From Vitrella brassicaformis CCMP3155 (lineage: Eukaryota > Protista > Chromerida), in assembly GCA_001179505.1 (NCBI GenBank), contig CDMY01000396.1, positions 1 through 64,000 of the forward strand: a stretch of DNA of 64,000 nt. Direction: 5' to 3'. Position numbers and translations under genes: made by a program. Shown here piece by piece: positions 12,561 to 25,553 of this stretch. The notes under the pieces were generated by a model. The model was not told where the DNA came from, did not search any database, and saw only the letters and a list, made by a program, of their open reading frames with translations. Numbering within the stretch: position 1 is the stretch's first letter; each line of letters opens with the position of its first letter.

Positions 12561-13980
12561 ATGCGTGAAGGCCGCCTCAAGAGCAAGCGCCTGGTGACGA
12601 CGGCCGAGGAGCTGTTCGCTGCTGGCTCCGACCCGGCGCCGTCAGCCGAGTCGCAGAGTGGGCCACGGCTGTTCTGGTGCCCCAAGTGTATGGAAATCCA
12701 TGATGCGAACACTCACCACCACCAGCCGCCTGGCGAGGAGGGCTGGGAGTTCCAGCCAGAGGCGGGATACGAGCGGCCGATGACCAAGATCCGCAACTCA
12801 CTCAGGACCAGGCCAAAGAAGACAATCGGTGAGGAGCACCACGAGAGAGAGAGAGGGGGGGAGGGGGGGAGGTGGAGTGCATGTGTGTGTGCATGATGGC
12901 TCTGTCTGCTCCCTCTGTCTGTCCCTCTGTGTTTGTGTATGTCTTGGTGCAGATGTCGACTGGATCGATCACAAGAGAGACCTGAGAGGGCTGGAGGACC
13001 CTGACGATATCGACTACCACATCCACGGCTACGACAAGCGCATCAGGAGAAAGAAAAAGAACGCCAAGCAGCAGCAGCGCAAGAAGCCTCCCGCGGTTGT
13101 GGAGAGCAACGGCTACGTTCCGGCCGACCTCAAGAAGGCAGATGCTGGTGCGGCAAAGGCGAGCAGCGACGAGCTGCCGATGGAAGAAGCGGCGGATGCG
13201 GAGGTGCAGCAAGAAGGTGACATCCCCCCGGCCAATACCGACACCAACACGGAATCGAAGCGGCCTCGACGGACCCCCAAGCCACCCAAGTGGATGGAGC
13301 TGGATTTCAAGGTCAAGAAGACCACAACCAAGAAGACCACAACCAAGAGGGCGGCCCCCACGCCACGCAAATTATCGTCCATCGGGGAAAAAGACTCAAG
13401 GCCGCACTCATCAAAAAGGCGAACGGTGAGAACTCTACACAAAGATCCATCCGTCTATGGGATCACATCACATCACATGCTCTCTCTCTCTCTCTCTCTC
13501 TCAGCAGCACCAACAGAAGCAGAAGCAGCAGCAGCAGCAGCAGCAAGAGCAGCAGCAGCAGCAAGGCCCCCCCATGATGTTCCCCATGCCTCTCCCGGTG
13601 CTGGTGCCAGGGCTGCCTTTGGCGACGGCGCTGCCCGTGGGCAGCTTCCCGGTCACTGGGATGCCATCATATGCCCAGCACTACTATGCCCGTCATCCTG
13701 GTGCGGCAGACGAGGGCGGCACGGCCCAGGGACTGGTGCAGCAAGCGGCTCCGGCGCGGGAGGGCACACAGGTGGGGGCGGACACACTGACAGCTGAAGG
13801 ATGATTGGGAGAGAGAAGAGTGCATGTGTGTCCCTGTGTGAGTGCTTGCAGGAAGGTCCGCAGGCGTCGTCAGCTGATGCGTCGGGGGGGACCCCGCGGC
13901 CGTCAAGCGGCGCGGCAGGAGAGGGAGGTCTGACGGACGAAGAGGTGCTGATGTTGTGTGCGCCCGCACAAGACGACTAG
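12561..13980 (+). CDS. Hypothetical protein, CxxC-H motif (FWCPKCMEIH), Lys-rich and Gln/Pro-rich, multi-exon
   Basis: Coding-like exons at 12561-12828, about 12953-13420 and about 13506-13800, separated by microsatellite introns. No family recognised and the 3' end is uncertain. Confidence 0.5.
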
Positions 13981-14615
13981 CCTTTGTGTCAGGTTTTCTG
14001 CTGGCTGGCTCATGGGGTGTGGGAGTGAGCCGTTCGATCGATTTCATGCTGCATGTACAGATACAGGTAGCCAACTGGCTGATGGATTGAGTGATTGATT
14101 GAGATCGATTGATTCACCGGGTGAGTGCCCGCCATATTCGTTTCTCTCTGGTTTTCTACCTGGCTGGCGCGAGATGGCTTGTTCATTTCATTGGCTGACG
14201 TACTTGACGTAGCGGACCGGTTAGCATGATGTGGGTCTGCAGCTGACCCACATCGTGGCTTTTCGTCTCCATTACGTCAAGATCATCAACCAAAGCACAA
14301 ACGGGGGAACGGATCGAATGCACGACACTGCACGACGTGTTGCCAATGTAAAGGAACAGGTGGCATTCCGTCACGGGACCATAAGCCGACTTCCTTGCAA
14401 AGATGAACGACAGTCAGCTACGCAAAGTGTGTCTGTCACTGTGTCTCGCCCCCACTGTCAGTCAATCAAGGCAACTCACAATCACACCACACTTGACCAG
14501 GAAAGAAACAGAAGAAGCTGCTGGCCGACCGTGCACGCACCAGCAGCCCCTTTCTCCGTGTGTGTCTTCTCTCTCTCATCCCGTGTGTGTGGTGTCTCTC
14601 AAATTCAACGATCGA

Positions 14616-16620
14616 TCAGTCGCTGTTCTCGAGCATGGTGCCATACGTCTGCTGTGCGCCCTGTCTCCCGCTCTCTTCGTCACTCGACTCATCCGCCAGC
14701 TGCACAAACTGCTCGTGCCGGTCGTTCTTCTCCGGCCACTTGACGTGGCACGGCACCTGCAATCAATCAATCAATCAGTGGCATGCAAATACGCCCTCAA
14801 TCCTCCGGTGTGTCTGTGGGTCTCGGACAGACCGGAGAGAGTAGATGTGGTCGGGGGCGGAGACGAGATCAGCGTTCCGCAGCGCTCTCACATTGACGTG
14901 TTTGATGCGCTCGAGCTTGAGCATCAGGTATCGCGTGATGATGAACTGGATCACCACTATCACGATGAGGAACAGCATGTCGTACCTGACCAGCTGCCGG
15001 AGCCACATCGGCCCCTCGAGCAGCTTTTCGTCTTGGCTGCTGGTTATGTATACGGTGTGCTCTTCGCGGTGGTCCCAGAAGGTGATCTTGGGGACACCGG
15101 ACAATAGCTCTTCCTGAAGCTCCTGGAGAGACCGAAGGATTGGTGACTCTGTCGGTCCTGTGCTTAAGTGACACTGTCGGTCCTGCGGGCTGCTGCTTTC
15201 TGAGGAGGGTGCGGAGGGCTTGCTTGACATGGTGGTTGTGGATGAGCGGGATGAACGTGGCCACAAAGTCGAACAACCTGAATGAAAGAAGCCAAAGCCA
15301 ATAGCGGGAAAAATCCGATCCACGTGTCCTTCCTCTGCGTAAGTAGGACAGACCAGTGGGAGAGGGCAGGGAAGAGCACCGCGGCCCAGACGCCAAACCA
15401 ACCCTGCCAGACAGACAGCGTTGGGAGACATCCGTCTGCTGCGTGTGTAGCCTTTTCTTTGTACGTACGAGGAAGTTGAAGAACTTGTAGTGTGCCAGAA
15501 TGCTTCCCTGGAGAGATCCGTCAAGACAATGCCTGCATTTGATTCGATCGAGATTGCCATTACGTGTGTGGATTGCAATCGATGTTTCTGTTGGCCGTGC
15601 CCTTGCCCTACTGACCTACCCTGGCACACTGACTATCAGTCGCTGCCATGCGGTCCAAATTCCGTTGCTGACCCATCTAGGGCCAAGCCTCAACCCCGGC
15701 GTCGTAGGAGATGCAACCGTGCCAATAACATAGTTCCAATTTTCAAGGACGGCGAACCTGGCAGAGACAGCGGGCCCGAATCAATCTCTTGTCAACAACA
15801 TTCTCGTTGATGCCTCCCTCTCCTACGTGTTGGCCGATGTGATGCCGTACACTATCAGGGCTCGGGGGTCACATACATGGTCCTTCCACAACACGCGTCT
15901 GAAATGCGCACAGACAGACAGACAGACAGAGACATGGGCAGACATGGGCAGACAGAGACAGACAAGACGCATTCACCGACCTGACTGCAAGAAACTTGAT
16001 GCTCTCCTCAACGATGCCTATGATGAGGGGGCTGAGGATACACCAGAGGACGTTGCCCACGAGCAGCTCCTCGATCTCATTCGGCGGGGTCATGGGGAAA
16101 AAGATCCGGACGAGGAGTTTCGCTGCCAACATAACGAGGACCTGCAACGACAGCCACAATTCAACGACAGCCCGCGGCTATAAATCGACGAAGGCTTCAC
16201 ATTCGGGACAATCAGCAGGAACATCCACAGGCTGAGTGAGCAGTTGATCAGCCACAGACAGGAGACACGCAAAGAGACATCCAGAGGATTCATTAGACGT
16301 GTGCTGGCGTGCATGGCTGTATCCCGCTCACGTCGATTCGCACACGACGAAGAACATCTGAAGGAGAGAGACACGCACCAACAACGATCGATGATGCCGT
16401 CCGTCCGTCTCCATACCTGTTCCGGCAAGAACTGGTTGGTGAAGCGCTGAGTGAGTGAGTGAGTGAGTCAATCAAGGAAGGAGTGACCAAAGACCGGATG
16501 CAACGAGACCTCTTGATCGATCATACACACCTGGATGAGGTACAACTGAATGATGATCGATGGCCCAGTGGCCAATAACATAATGCCTGTGTTCACCAGT
16601 TGCCCCAGAACAACTGCATC
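14616..16620 (-). CDS. PrsW-family glutamic-type intramembrane protease, about 11 small exons
   Basis: Spliced exons give LLATGPSIIIQLYLIQ|RFTNQFLPEQ, LIIGIVEESIKFLAV (EExxK), DPRALIVYGITSA, GFAVLENWNYV (FxxxEN), VPGHCLDGSLQG (H) and SH.LFDF (HxxxD), i.e. the four PrsW motifs in order. Start and end are approximate. Confidence 0.8.
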
Positions 16621-17113
16621 GACACAAAACACGTACGGGAAATCGGTGGTGACTCAGTGTGCGTGTCTCTTTCAGTCCCACATCCAAGCGCAAAGAGCGA
16701 CGCGACGACAACCAGCAGAAGGTACGCAAAGACAGCCCATGTGCCGCGCTGAAAGAAACCTGCAGTCAGCCATCACTGCACTCAAGAAGGCATGGCATGC
16801 ATTGCGTCCGCAAACCTGCACTGAAGAGGGCGACGGACTGCCTTCTTTTCTCAATGAAGTCTTCTTTCCTCACATGCGCCGCCCTCGGCGGCCCCGTGGA
16901 AGGCTGCATTGCGAAAGACGCCTGGCAAAGACGCGAGCTACTGCCAAAAGCTCGCTCTTCGAAGGGTGAGCGTTCCTTGGGTTCGTCTGTGCATGTGGAG
17001 CGTGCGTGGGTGATTCCTGTTGCGTGTCGTTCGTTTGATTGTGCGTGAAAGACATGGGACTTGGCCGTCAGGCCGCTTAGGACGTTCGGAATCGCTCGCT
17101 CGAAGGGTGAGCG

Positions 17114-20100
17114 ATGCATCCTCCTCGTGAGCCGTCGGTGCGGTATCCCGGTCCTCAACACGGTCACCCGCATCCCCGACGCGGCAACTGGCGTCAACCA
17201 CGCCATCCCTTAGGCTACCCCCGCAACCCCAACCCGTCGCAATATGGCTTCGCGCCGCAGCCGCAGCGTGCCGCCAGCGGTGTTCGCCCAGGACCTCCGC
17301 TGCTGCATCAGCACCAGCAGCAGCAGCATCAGCAGCCGCATGTGCCCGGGCGCCAGCAGGTGGACCCGCTGGAGCACGAGAACAGGGTGAGCATCATGAG
17401 AATGGCACTCGACTCACTCAAGCAGGAGAAGACGTTCAAGGCGTTCTGTAAGGTGAGATCAGGAAGGGAGGATGGGACAGAGAGAGGGAGGGGGGTCGGA
17501 AACACACGTTGATCGATGTGGATGTATGCCTGCAGCCGGTGTTTGCCATGCGGGAGAAGTTCACAAGGACGATGGACCTGCAGACGCTAGAGGTGAGGGG
17601 CGACAGGACAGGGATCGACAATGTCCGGATGGACAAGACACGGTCGGTCATGTGTGCCCCCGTGTGTGTGTGTGTGTGTGTGTGGTTCAGGAGAACGTCA
17701 ACAACGGTTTCTACCCCACTCTGGAGTCCTTCGCGAGTGACCTCAGACTCATATGGGTCAACTGCGAGAACTACGCCAAGGAGGACTCGGTCAGGATGAC
17801 ACCTCATGCACACATCCACATTATCTGCATCAGCGCATCCATCCATCTGTTTCCTTTCCGCATGTGTCTCTCTTCAGAAGATCTACGGCCTGGCGCGCGA
17901 CCTGTGCATGAGGGCAGCGGAAATCCTGCGGCCTTACCTGCCGCACTTCCCATTCCAGAACACCAGCCTGCCCGGCGATGCAAACCCGCCGCCGCCGCCT
18001 CCCCCTCCAGGTGCGGAAGCAACCACTTGCACACACACGAGAGAGAAACACACATCTGGCTGTCTGCCGTCTATGTGTTGTCAGGTGAGCCTCCCGGAGG
18101 CCCTCCCTCGATGCCCAACCCCTACCACCAGCCGCAGCCCTCGCGGCCCTTCCCACAACGGAGCCAGCAGATGGCCCAGCAGATGGGACGCCCCTTTCCC
18201 CCACCCCCACCCATGCGCCCGTCGCAGTATGGTGAGTTCGGCGGTGACTTCGGAGGCGGCGGCTACTATCCTCCGCCCCAACAGGGCGGCAGAGGCGGCC
18301 CCACCCTTGGGCCCAAGGAGCCGATGCGGCCACGACGGCCACCGGTGCCACCGCAGGACATGATGCGCCCTCCCCCCATGCACACGCCCGATGGCCCCGA
18401 GCCCATGCACACCATGAGCCCTCGCGGCGGCATCTCGTTCTACCCCCCTCGCCCGCCCCCACCGCCCCCACCCGACTTCGATGATGCCAGTCACGACGGG
18501 GACCACCCAGGGCTGTCGTTCGACATGTCGCCTCCGCCACCCACGGAGGGCCCACATGTCCGGTCACCGATGCGATCGCCACCCATGAGGCGAGGCAAGC
18601 GGCCGCCCGACTCGTCGCCAGTGGACAGGAGGGGCAAGGGCAGTCAAGGGCCAGGAGTGCCAGCCGGCAACAAGAGAGCCAAGAGGCAGACGAGAGCGCC
18701 CTCAGCGCCCGTGCACTCGGGGCAGATGCCCCCGCTGGGCGCCATGGCGGCCGAGCCGGGCGCCCGGAAGCTGGAGGTCATCGATTCGTCAAACGGCGAC
18801 AAGACCCCGCGGGTCGCCAAGCCGCCGGCAGCCGTCAAAGAGAAGAAGGAGCACTTCTTCGACGCTCCCAGGGTGACAGCGTTCGCGATGAAGTCGAGCC
18901 CGCAGCCCTCCCGACGGCAGCCGCTCATTCGACGGTTAGAGGAGGAGAAGGCCCGCATCGCATCGCTCGGCAGCCAGCTGGACGCTGCCGTGGACGGCAT
19001 GGCGCTGAGCGACCGTGCCGCAGAGGCCATCCAGGAAGGCGTGTGGCGGTGGACAGAGTTCTGTCGACAGGAGATGTGGCGCGTGCTGGTGGGGGAGCCA
19101 ACACAGACACAGGAGGGTGACGGCCCCAACAAGGAGCACCTGTACTGCTCGGTGCACATGGTGGGGGCCATGGGCACGGGGGTCATAGCGGGGGAGGACG
19201 CCACGCTCGAGCTGCTGACGATCGTGCTGAGCCCCCCTGGCGAGAAGGCGCAGCCCAAGTCTGTCGTCTTGCCCTTCATCCACCAGTGGCTGGATCGGGC
19301 CCTGGCTGACGACCTGCTCCAGGGATGGACCAAGACAGCGGCAGACCCGTCCACGACCAGCAGCAGCAGTGACAAGACGGTCGCCCTCACCTTCGTCTCG
19401 TCCGCCGACCCGCCAGTCACGGTGAGGTGTGTGATGGGTTTCAGCCCCTACGAGTGGTCCAACTCGGCCGTCGCCTACACGCGCCTGCTCCGCTCGTACG
19501 CCTTCGCGAGCGACAGCGTCACCAAGGCGGCCCTGCTGATGCACCGATGGGCCAGGATGGTGGGCCTTCCCTGTCGGTATGTGCCCTTCCTCGAGGCGCC
19601 ATCGCACCACATCTTGCCACTCGAGCGGCCGGGCGGGAGTGGAGGGGAGGACAAGGCAGTGCCATCGAGCTCACAGCCATCGGACGCCTTGCCACCGTCG
19701 GATGCGCCGATGGGGGAAGACGAGCTGTTCGACCAGCCGGTCTTCTTCATGCCGGTCCCTGCTGCTTCCGAGGTCAAGAGTGGCGTCAAGACAGAGGAGC
19801 AGGAGGCCGGTGCTGTCATAGAGGAGAAGCCGCAGGAGCAGGCTGTTGCCAGCACCCCCCCTCTTCCTCCCTCTCCCCCATCTGTCCCGTCCGTCCCCCT
19901 GGCGCACGACTTCTGGACCTGGGTTGTGGTGTTTGTGGCGCAGCTGCCGCAGTACAAGAGCAGCCGGCACCATGCGGCCCTGCCCAACCTGCAGCGGTGC
20001 ATCTCGCAGCAGGCCCCGGACCGCCTGCTCACCATGGACCTCGAGGGGCTGCCCACCATCTTCCTCCTCGAGAAGGGCCGCATGGGGTGGCGATCGAGCC

Positions 20101-20866
20101 CCGCCGTCGCATTCCCTCTGTTCGACCCGCCCGCCATGTCGGCCATGCGTGAGGCATACGAGAACAACTTGGGTGGCCTCGAGCAAGAGCAAGAGGGGGA
20201 TGAGCAGCAGCAAGATCTAGATGGGCCCGCGGGGGCAAAGGAGGGAGAGAGGGAGGGTGAGGGGGGTGGAGTTGGTGTGAAGGCGATGGATGAGGTGGCG
20301 CGTCTATCGCATGAGAGGGAGGAGCGGCTGGACAAGAAGGTCTTTGGGGGCAGCCGCAACATCTACTGGGAGTACTCGGCCGTCGAGCTGCTCGACGACG
20401 TGTGGGATTTCATCGCAGACATGGAGTGGGCCGACACCGGGCTCTCTATCAGAGAAGGTACGGTCTGCTACACACCCACACACACACAGTTCGCCTCCCT
20501 GTGCCATACATGTGTATAATGGTCCGACATCGATCAGGTGAGCAGATCCGCAAGAAGCGGCCGTCCTTCAGCAGCGACCATGCCCCACTCATCGAGGACC
20601 CCATCACACGCCTCAACCTCTGCGCACCCACCCGCCCGTCGCAGTTCTCAACCATACCAACCACCATCAGCACACAGCAGCCAGACAAGGATGGCAATGA
20701 CGACCCCGCCATAAAGGAAGCGTGGGCAGCCTTCTACGCCATTCTCAAGAACAAGGCGATTGAGACGCGAGACGGTCTGAGGCAGAAAATCGGGGGAGAT
20801 GGCCTCGGGAGTGCCAATGGTGCTGATGGCAAGACGGGCGCTTTTGACCTGCTGTTGGGACAGTGA
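17114..20866 (+). CDS. Atypical bromodomain + Pro-rich region + degenerate Cid1/TUTase (TENT)-like nucleotidyltransferase and PAP-associated domain
   Basis: Exons 17114-17452, 17536-17592, 17691-17790 and 17878-18010 give FKAFCKPV...TMDLQTLEENVNNGFYPTLESFASDLRLIWVNCENYAKEDS. The large exon 18085-20458 has SVHMVGAMGTG...LELL, YTRLLRSY...LMHRWARMVGL, LPNLQ and ELLDDVWDFIADMEW. The last exon has LIEDPITRLNL. Confidence 0.8.
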
Positions 20867-21044
20867 GTGGCCGCTGCTTAAGCTCGGTCAGCTTCAGTCA
20901 GATCAGTGGTGAGTCAGTCTCCTGGTAACAGTGTGTCGTGACCTACCTGGATTAGATGGATGAATGAGCGGTGTTTTGTTCATGCATTGACGGGGAGTCT
21001 CTGACGTCGCTTTGCCTTGTGTTTAATCATGAGATGTGCATCAG

Positions 21045-22317
21045 CACCAAGCGCCACCGTGCGTGCTGCGATCCTGGACAAATTGATCACTCTTGCCCCC
21101 CAGTCGACCGCATGGAAGCCCAAGACAGGATATTCAACTTGGCCGCGCGCATGCGAATCAGGAAGAGACGCCCCCGCGACCCCCACCCCCTCCCCCTCCC
21201 AAATGCAGCCGGTTGTTCTCGTCGCTTTCGTCATTTGCGGTACGTACCGAGTGCACATGCCCCGCACAGCTTATAAGCTGCACAGTGTCCATGATGATTG
21301 TTCAGATGAACTTCATTCGGTTGTGTTATGGCGTTCGTTCCACACATGCAGGCATTTTCGTTCGCTGCGGCCCAGCCCGAGACGCCCTTCGGGGATCAGC
21401 CATGCGCCGTGAGGCCCGGAGCGATCAGCGTCGCATACCTGGAGAGTAAGCGCATCGATTAATTCTCACTGCCTCACGGTCTTGCCTGAATGAAATCCTG
21501 CAATGCAGCGATGGGCACGGAACGCACAGGCATCACCCCGGTTGTCCCTCGCGATGCTAGCCAGAGCACTGCAGAGGTGTGCACTACAGCAAAGGAGGCC
21601 AAGAAGCTTGTGGAGCTGGCACTCAAGCTGTGTGGCAGTACGCACAACTGAGTTTGTCTCCTTCCGCGCTTTGCTTTCTGTCATTTCTGCCTGCAGAACT
21701 TGCAGAGAGCGTCTGCCGCAGCATGACACAAGAGCAGGTGGCAGAGGCCGTCGGTGAGTCTCTCATGTTGGCCACGCCCCAGAAGGTGGAGGCCCAGAAC
21801 ATCCGCCGCGACGGCTGCAAGGTCGTCTTGGACCTGGTACCAGCAGGTTGTCTCATTGCTCTTTCGTCAACGAGCCTCGAATTTGTCTCTCTGTTGCTCC
21901 GGTGGGTGCGCTGTGTGTGCAGAGGGCAAGCGAAGCCCCGACAGCTTCCTTCAAGTTCGTAATGGCACCACCGACGGCCCGTACGGCGCCCTCCTCGCCG
22001 GCACGATGGTTCGACTCATCCCAAATGTCGTTGGGGCCATGGTAGCGTAACAAGCGTTCAAAGAGCCTTTTCCAGGGCCTTGCGCCACTGTCACTGATGA
22101 CCTGTGATAGGCATTGACCGTCGGCGGCACGCACATCGTCAAGACAGTGGCCGAAAGATACCAAGACTACCAGAAGACCGGTCTGACTGAGGCAGTCAAC
22201 AAGCAAGCTGCACTGAGGGTGGCACCCAAGCTGGCCATCGAACAACCGAGTGGGGGCGTTTGCATCCACGACACGCCGCACGAGATGTTCGTCAAGACGA
22301 AGCTCTCGTCGTCGTAG
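21045..22317 (+). CDS. Hypothetical multi-exon protein (could be a 3' continuation of the upstream gene)
   Basis: In-phase exons AFSFAAAQPETPF...VAYLE|TMGTERTG...ALKLCG|KLAESVCR...CKVVLDLVPA|ASFKF|ALTVGGTHIVK...KLSSS*. No start codon was identified with confidence. Confidence 0.55.
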
Positions 22318-22837
22318 TCCGGCCGTTGAAACATCCACCCACGCATTCGACCAGGAAAGAGGATTCTCTCTGTGTCTCTCGATTTTTACTCAATTGTCCG
22401 TCCGTCGATTGGGAAAGGGAAGGAGGGAGCGGAGCAGCGGTGCATCAATCACGTGATCCCATCCCATGGCAGAAAGGAATGCAGGGTACATAGATAGATG
22501 AGATGCGTCAGTCAGTCCGAGACACTGACTGACTGTCGTCTCTTCGACTACCGTTTGATCAACGCATGCGCGTGCACAACCAAACAAGTATGAGCCCCTT
22601 CAATGAATGTCCCGTATATTCTGCATGGTCAAAGCCCGGCGGGCGGTGCTTTGCGCGGGAAAGATCGAAGGGCAAGTCGAGCGGCGATTAATTCTTTAAC
22701 TCGCGCTGTTCAGCAATTAATGCAGTGCCATGAATAGCGCCGCAAGCATTAATTGAATTTACGGCCCTATCATGAACTTGAATTTACGGCCCGGCTTGAC
22801 CCCCGGGTTGTGTGTGTGCGTAGTGTTGTGTGAAACG

Positions 22838-25553
22838 ATGCAGTGGCCGCAGGAGCCTTTCCCAGCCCACCCGCACCCATCGCAGGCCATGCTCCCCGCA
22901 CCCGCGTCCTCGGCGGCTGTGTCGGTCTTGCCGCCATCTCCTCGGGCCGATGCTGGTGTTGGGATGGGTGGGATGAGTGGGATGAGTGGGATGGGTGGGA
23001 TGATGGGCGAGCATCCCCATAGAGTGGCAGATCTGGACGTTACGGTGCTCAACTTCGCCCAGTGGATCAGCGATTTGAAGATGCGCAGCAGCTCCAGCCA
23101 AAACACAATTTTGGCCGAGATGGGCGTCATTCGCAATGTAGGCACGCTGGTCCATTACAACACGGGCGGGATGGAAGGGATGTGTGTCCGTGGGCGTGTG
23201 TGTGCAGGGGATCACGAGCAACAACACGGAGTTGATGGAGTTTCGGCGTCACACGGCCACCGTGCAGCAGCAGATGCAGAGCCAGATAACCGACCTCAGA
23301 GATGTGAGCCATTCCACGCACACACACAGAAATGCCCTCGCTCCCTCACCGGCACTTATTGGTGGATGGGATGGATGGATGGTTGCAGAAGTTGATGGAT
23401 GCCTACAACGAAATCGCCAACATGGTCAAGGCACAGACACAGTTCCAACAGGTGGGCATGGATGGATGGACGGACGGACGGACGGACGGATGGGGGGTTC
23501 CTCACATCAACACAGCCACTGACCGTGTCTGTCTGTGTTGCATTCGTATGGTGGGCTGGCTGGCTGCAGGAGATGCGGAGCGAGTACCAGGGGCTGCAAG
23601 AGGTAAGTCAGAGAGAGCAGGCCGCACGACACAACACCCATCCTTTCTACTTTCCTTCTCCATTTTGTCTTGCCCTATACATGGATGGCAGCAACTTCAG
23701 CTCAAGACCATCCAACTCGAAACACTCAAGAAGGTGGGTGAGGCGAAGGCCAACTGGCCTGCAGGAAAACAAACAAACGAACGAAATACACGCGGCTCAC
23801 CCCTGCCCCGTATGCATTGCATGCGATGGCATGCCATTATTCCACACCAGGCCTACAGCCAGACGCACCAGCAGCTGCAGACACAGATCACCAACCTACA
23901 AAACGTACCCACACACCCACTCCCACAGGCACACCCACACCCACACCCACACCCACATACACATACACATACACGAAATCCAGGCAGGCAGGCACTGCCG
24001 ATTCTTTGTGTGTATCTGTGTGTGTATCTGTGCACTACACAGGAGTTGAGTGAGAGTCAGTCGCGTTTGGATGAGTACCGTCGCCAGAGCGACCGGGCCA
24101 ACGAGGACGGCATGCAGAAACTCTGCGAACTCCAAGTGGTAAGCGATCAATCAATTGACGCCACGCCCTCCCACCAAATTGACCGCACGGCCCCCCTGAT
24201 ATATATATATATGTGTGTGTGTGTGGATGGATGGATGCATTCAGTCGTCGGAGATGCAGCGTCAGGAGTGGCAGAAGTTCCGGAATACCTACGAGGAGAC
24301 ATCGGCTAATGTACACAGCACACAAAAGGACATACAGCAGGTCGGCAGAGTAGATGGCTGTAGTAAGGGAGGGAGGGATACGCTACGCAGAAAGGATCTC
24401 TCCGTCTGCAATCAAATCGTGTGTGTATGTCGCGTGGGGTGCATGCGATGCCTGCAGGACTTGGGAGGCTTGTTGAATGACTTCCGCGAGTGGAAGGTAC
24501 GTATGCATCAGTGGCCATGCAGGACGACAATCAAATTACCATCCCCCATCCATCCATCCATCCATCCATGTGGATGGATGGAACACTGTGCCGGCCGTGC
24601 CGTGTATGTGTGTCTGTCTTTCTTTCTTCAGGCGGTGATAGAGAGCAACCACGAGGCGCTCCATCGCAGTGTCGTGGGACTCGACGCAAGACAACAACCG
24701 CAACACCAGACATCATACAGAAAAGAAGACGGGCACGTACCCCACACAGACAACACAGACAAAGACGTACGTACGCTCTCACACATGGGCACTCACACAC
24801 GAATAGATAGATGCACAGATCCTGCAGGCAGGGTACCCTTTCAATTGTCTGTCTTTGCGCGTCTGTCTGTCTGTCTGTGTGTTCAGTCGTCCCGGGGCCT
24901 AGCCGCTAATGATAGCATAGAGGTGCTGGGGGGCACGGTTGCACAGAGGACCACCAAGGTGGGCGGGGCGGGGCGGGGCACAAACCAAAGCCGCACACCA
25001 ACCCGCACGGCACGATGAGTGTTGGTGTTGTGTGTTGTGTGTCTCAGGGTGGTGGTTTCGGTGTGCACCCATCCGTCGTGGCGCCGCTGCCATCCCCGGC
25101 CAATGTCGCCAGTGAGAGCCCCCGAGGGCCCACACCAACACCCACAGGCGAACAGGTCAACCAACCGACACATATATACGATAAAGAACAAAGTGGCAGC
25201 CAACCAATCCATTCGTTTGTTCGCTATATACAGGGATACAGCAAGGGCGTTCCCACTCCGCCCGCTGCCGTGCCCACTGCATTCAACGGCGTGCAGCACC
25301 AGCACCATCAGCAGCATCAGCATGGCCCACACGCCCCTCCTGGCGCCCTGCTGCCCACACAGAACCGGGCCACACTGCACCAGCACCAACAGGTGGATGG
25401 ATGATGAATCAATCAATCGGTGGATGGATGGATGGATGCCTTATGGATGGATGGCATGCTGGCCTTGCACTGTGTGTGTGTATGTGATGCGTGTGTCAGG
25501 TGGCCGGGCGTCAGTTTACATACGGTCCGTATGCGGGGCCTTTCTTCAGATAA
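22838..25553 (+). CDS. Long coiled-coil protein with Gln/His/Pro-rich tail, about 13 short exons
   Basis: Exons such as VTVLNFAQWISDLKMRSSSSQNTILAEMGVIRN|GITSNNTELMEFRRH...|KLMDAYNEIANM...|ELSESQSRLDEYRRQ...|DLGGLLNDFREWK are heptad-like and joined by phase-0 introns. The protein ends VAGRQFTYGPYAGPFFR*. Confidence 0.75.

Noticed and set aside
17830-20362. Long antisense ORFs (17830-18582, 18644-19420, 19475-20362) and similar shadow ORFs elsewhere
   Set aside because: These are GC-rich antisense shadows of real coding exons with no recognisable motifs.
17472-20519. 1015-aa ORF as a single-exon protein
   Set aside because: Its first ~200 codons run through introns and out-of-frame exons; the real exon begins at 18085.
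20863-21045. Fusion of the bromodomain gene to the 21045-22317 gene through an 11-nt micro-exon (20898-20908)
   Set aside because: The phases fit, but it needs a 35-nt intron, shorter than others seen here; left unresolved without cDNA.
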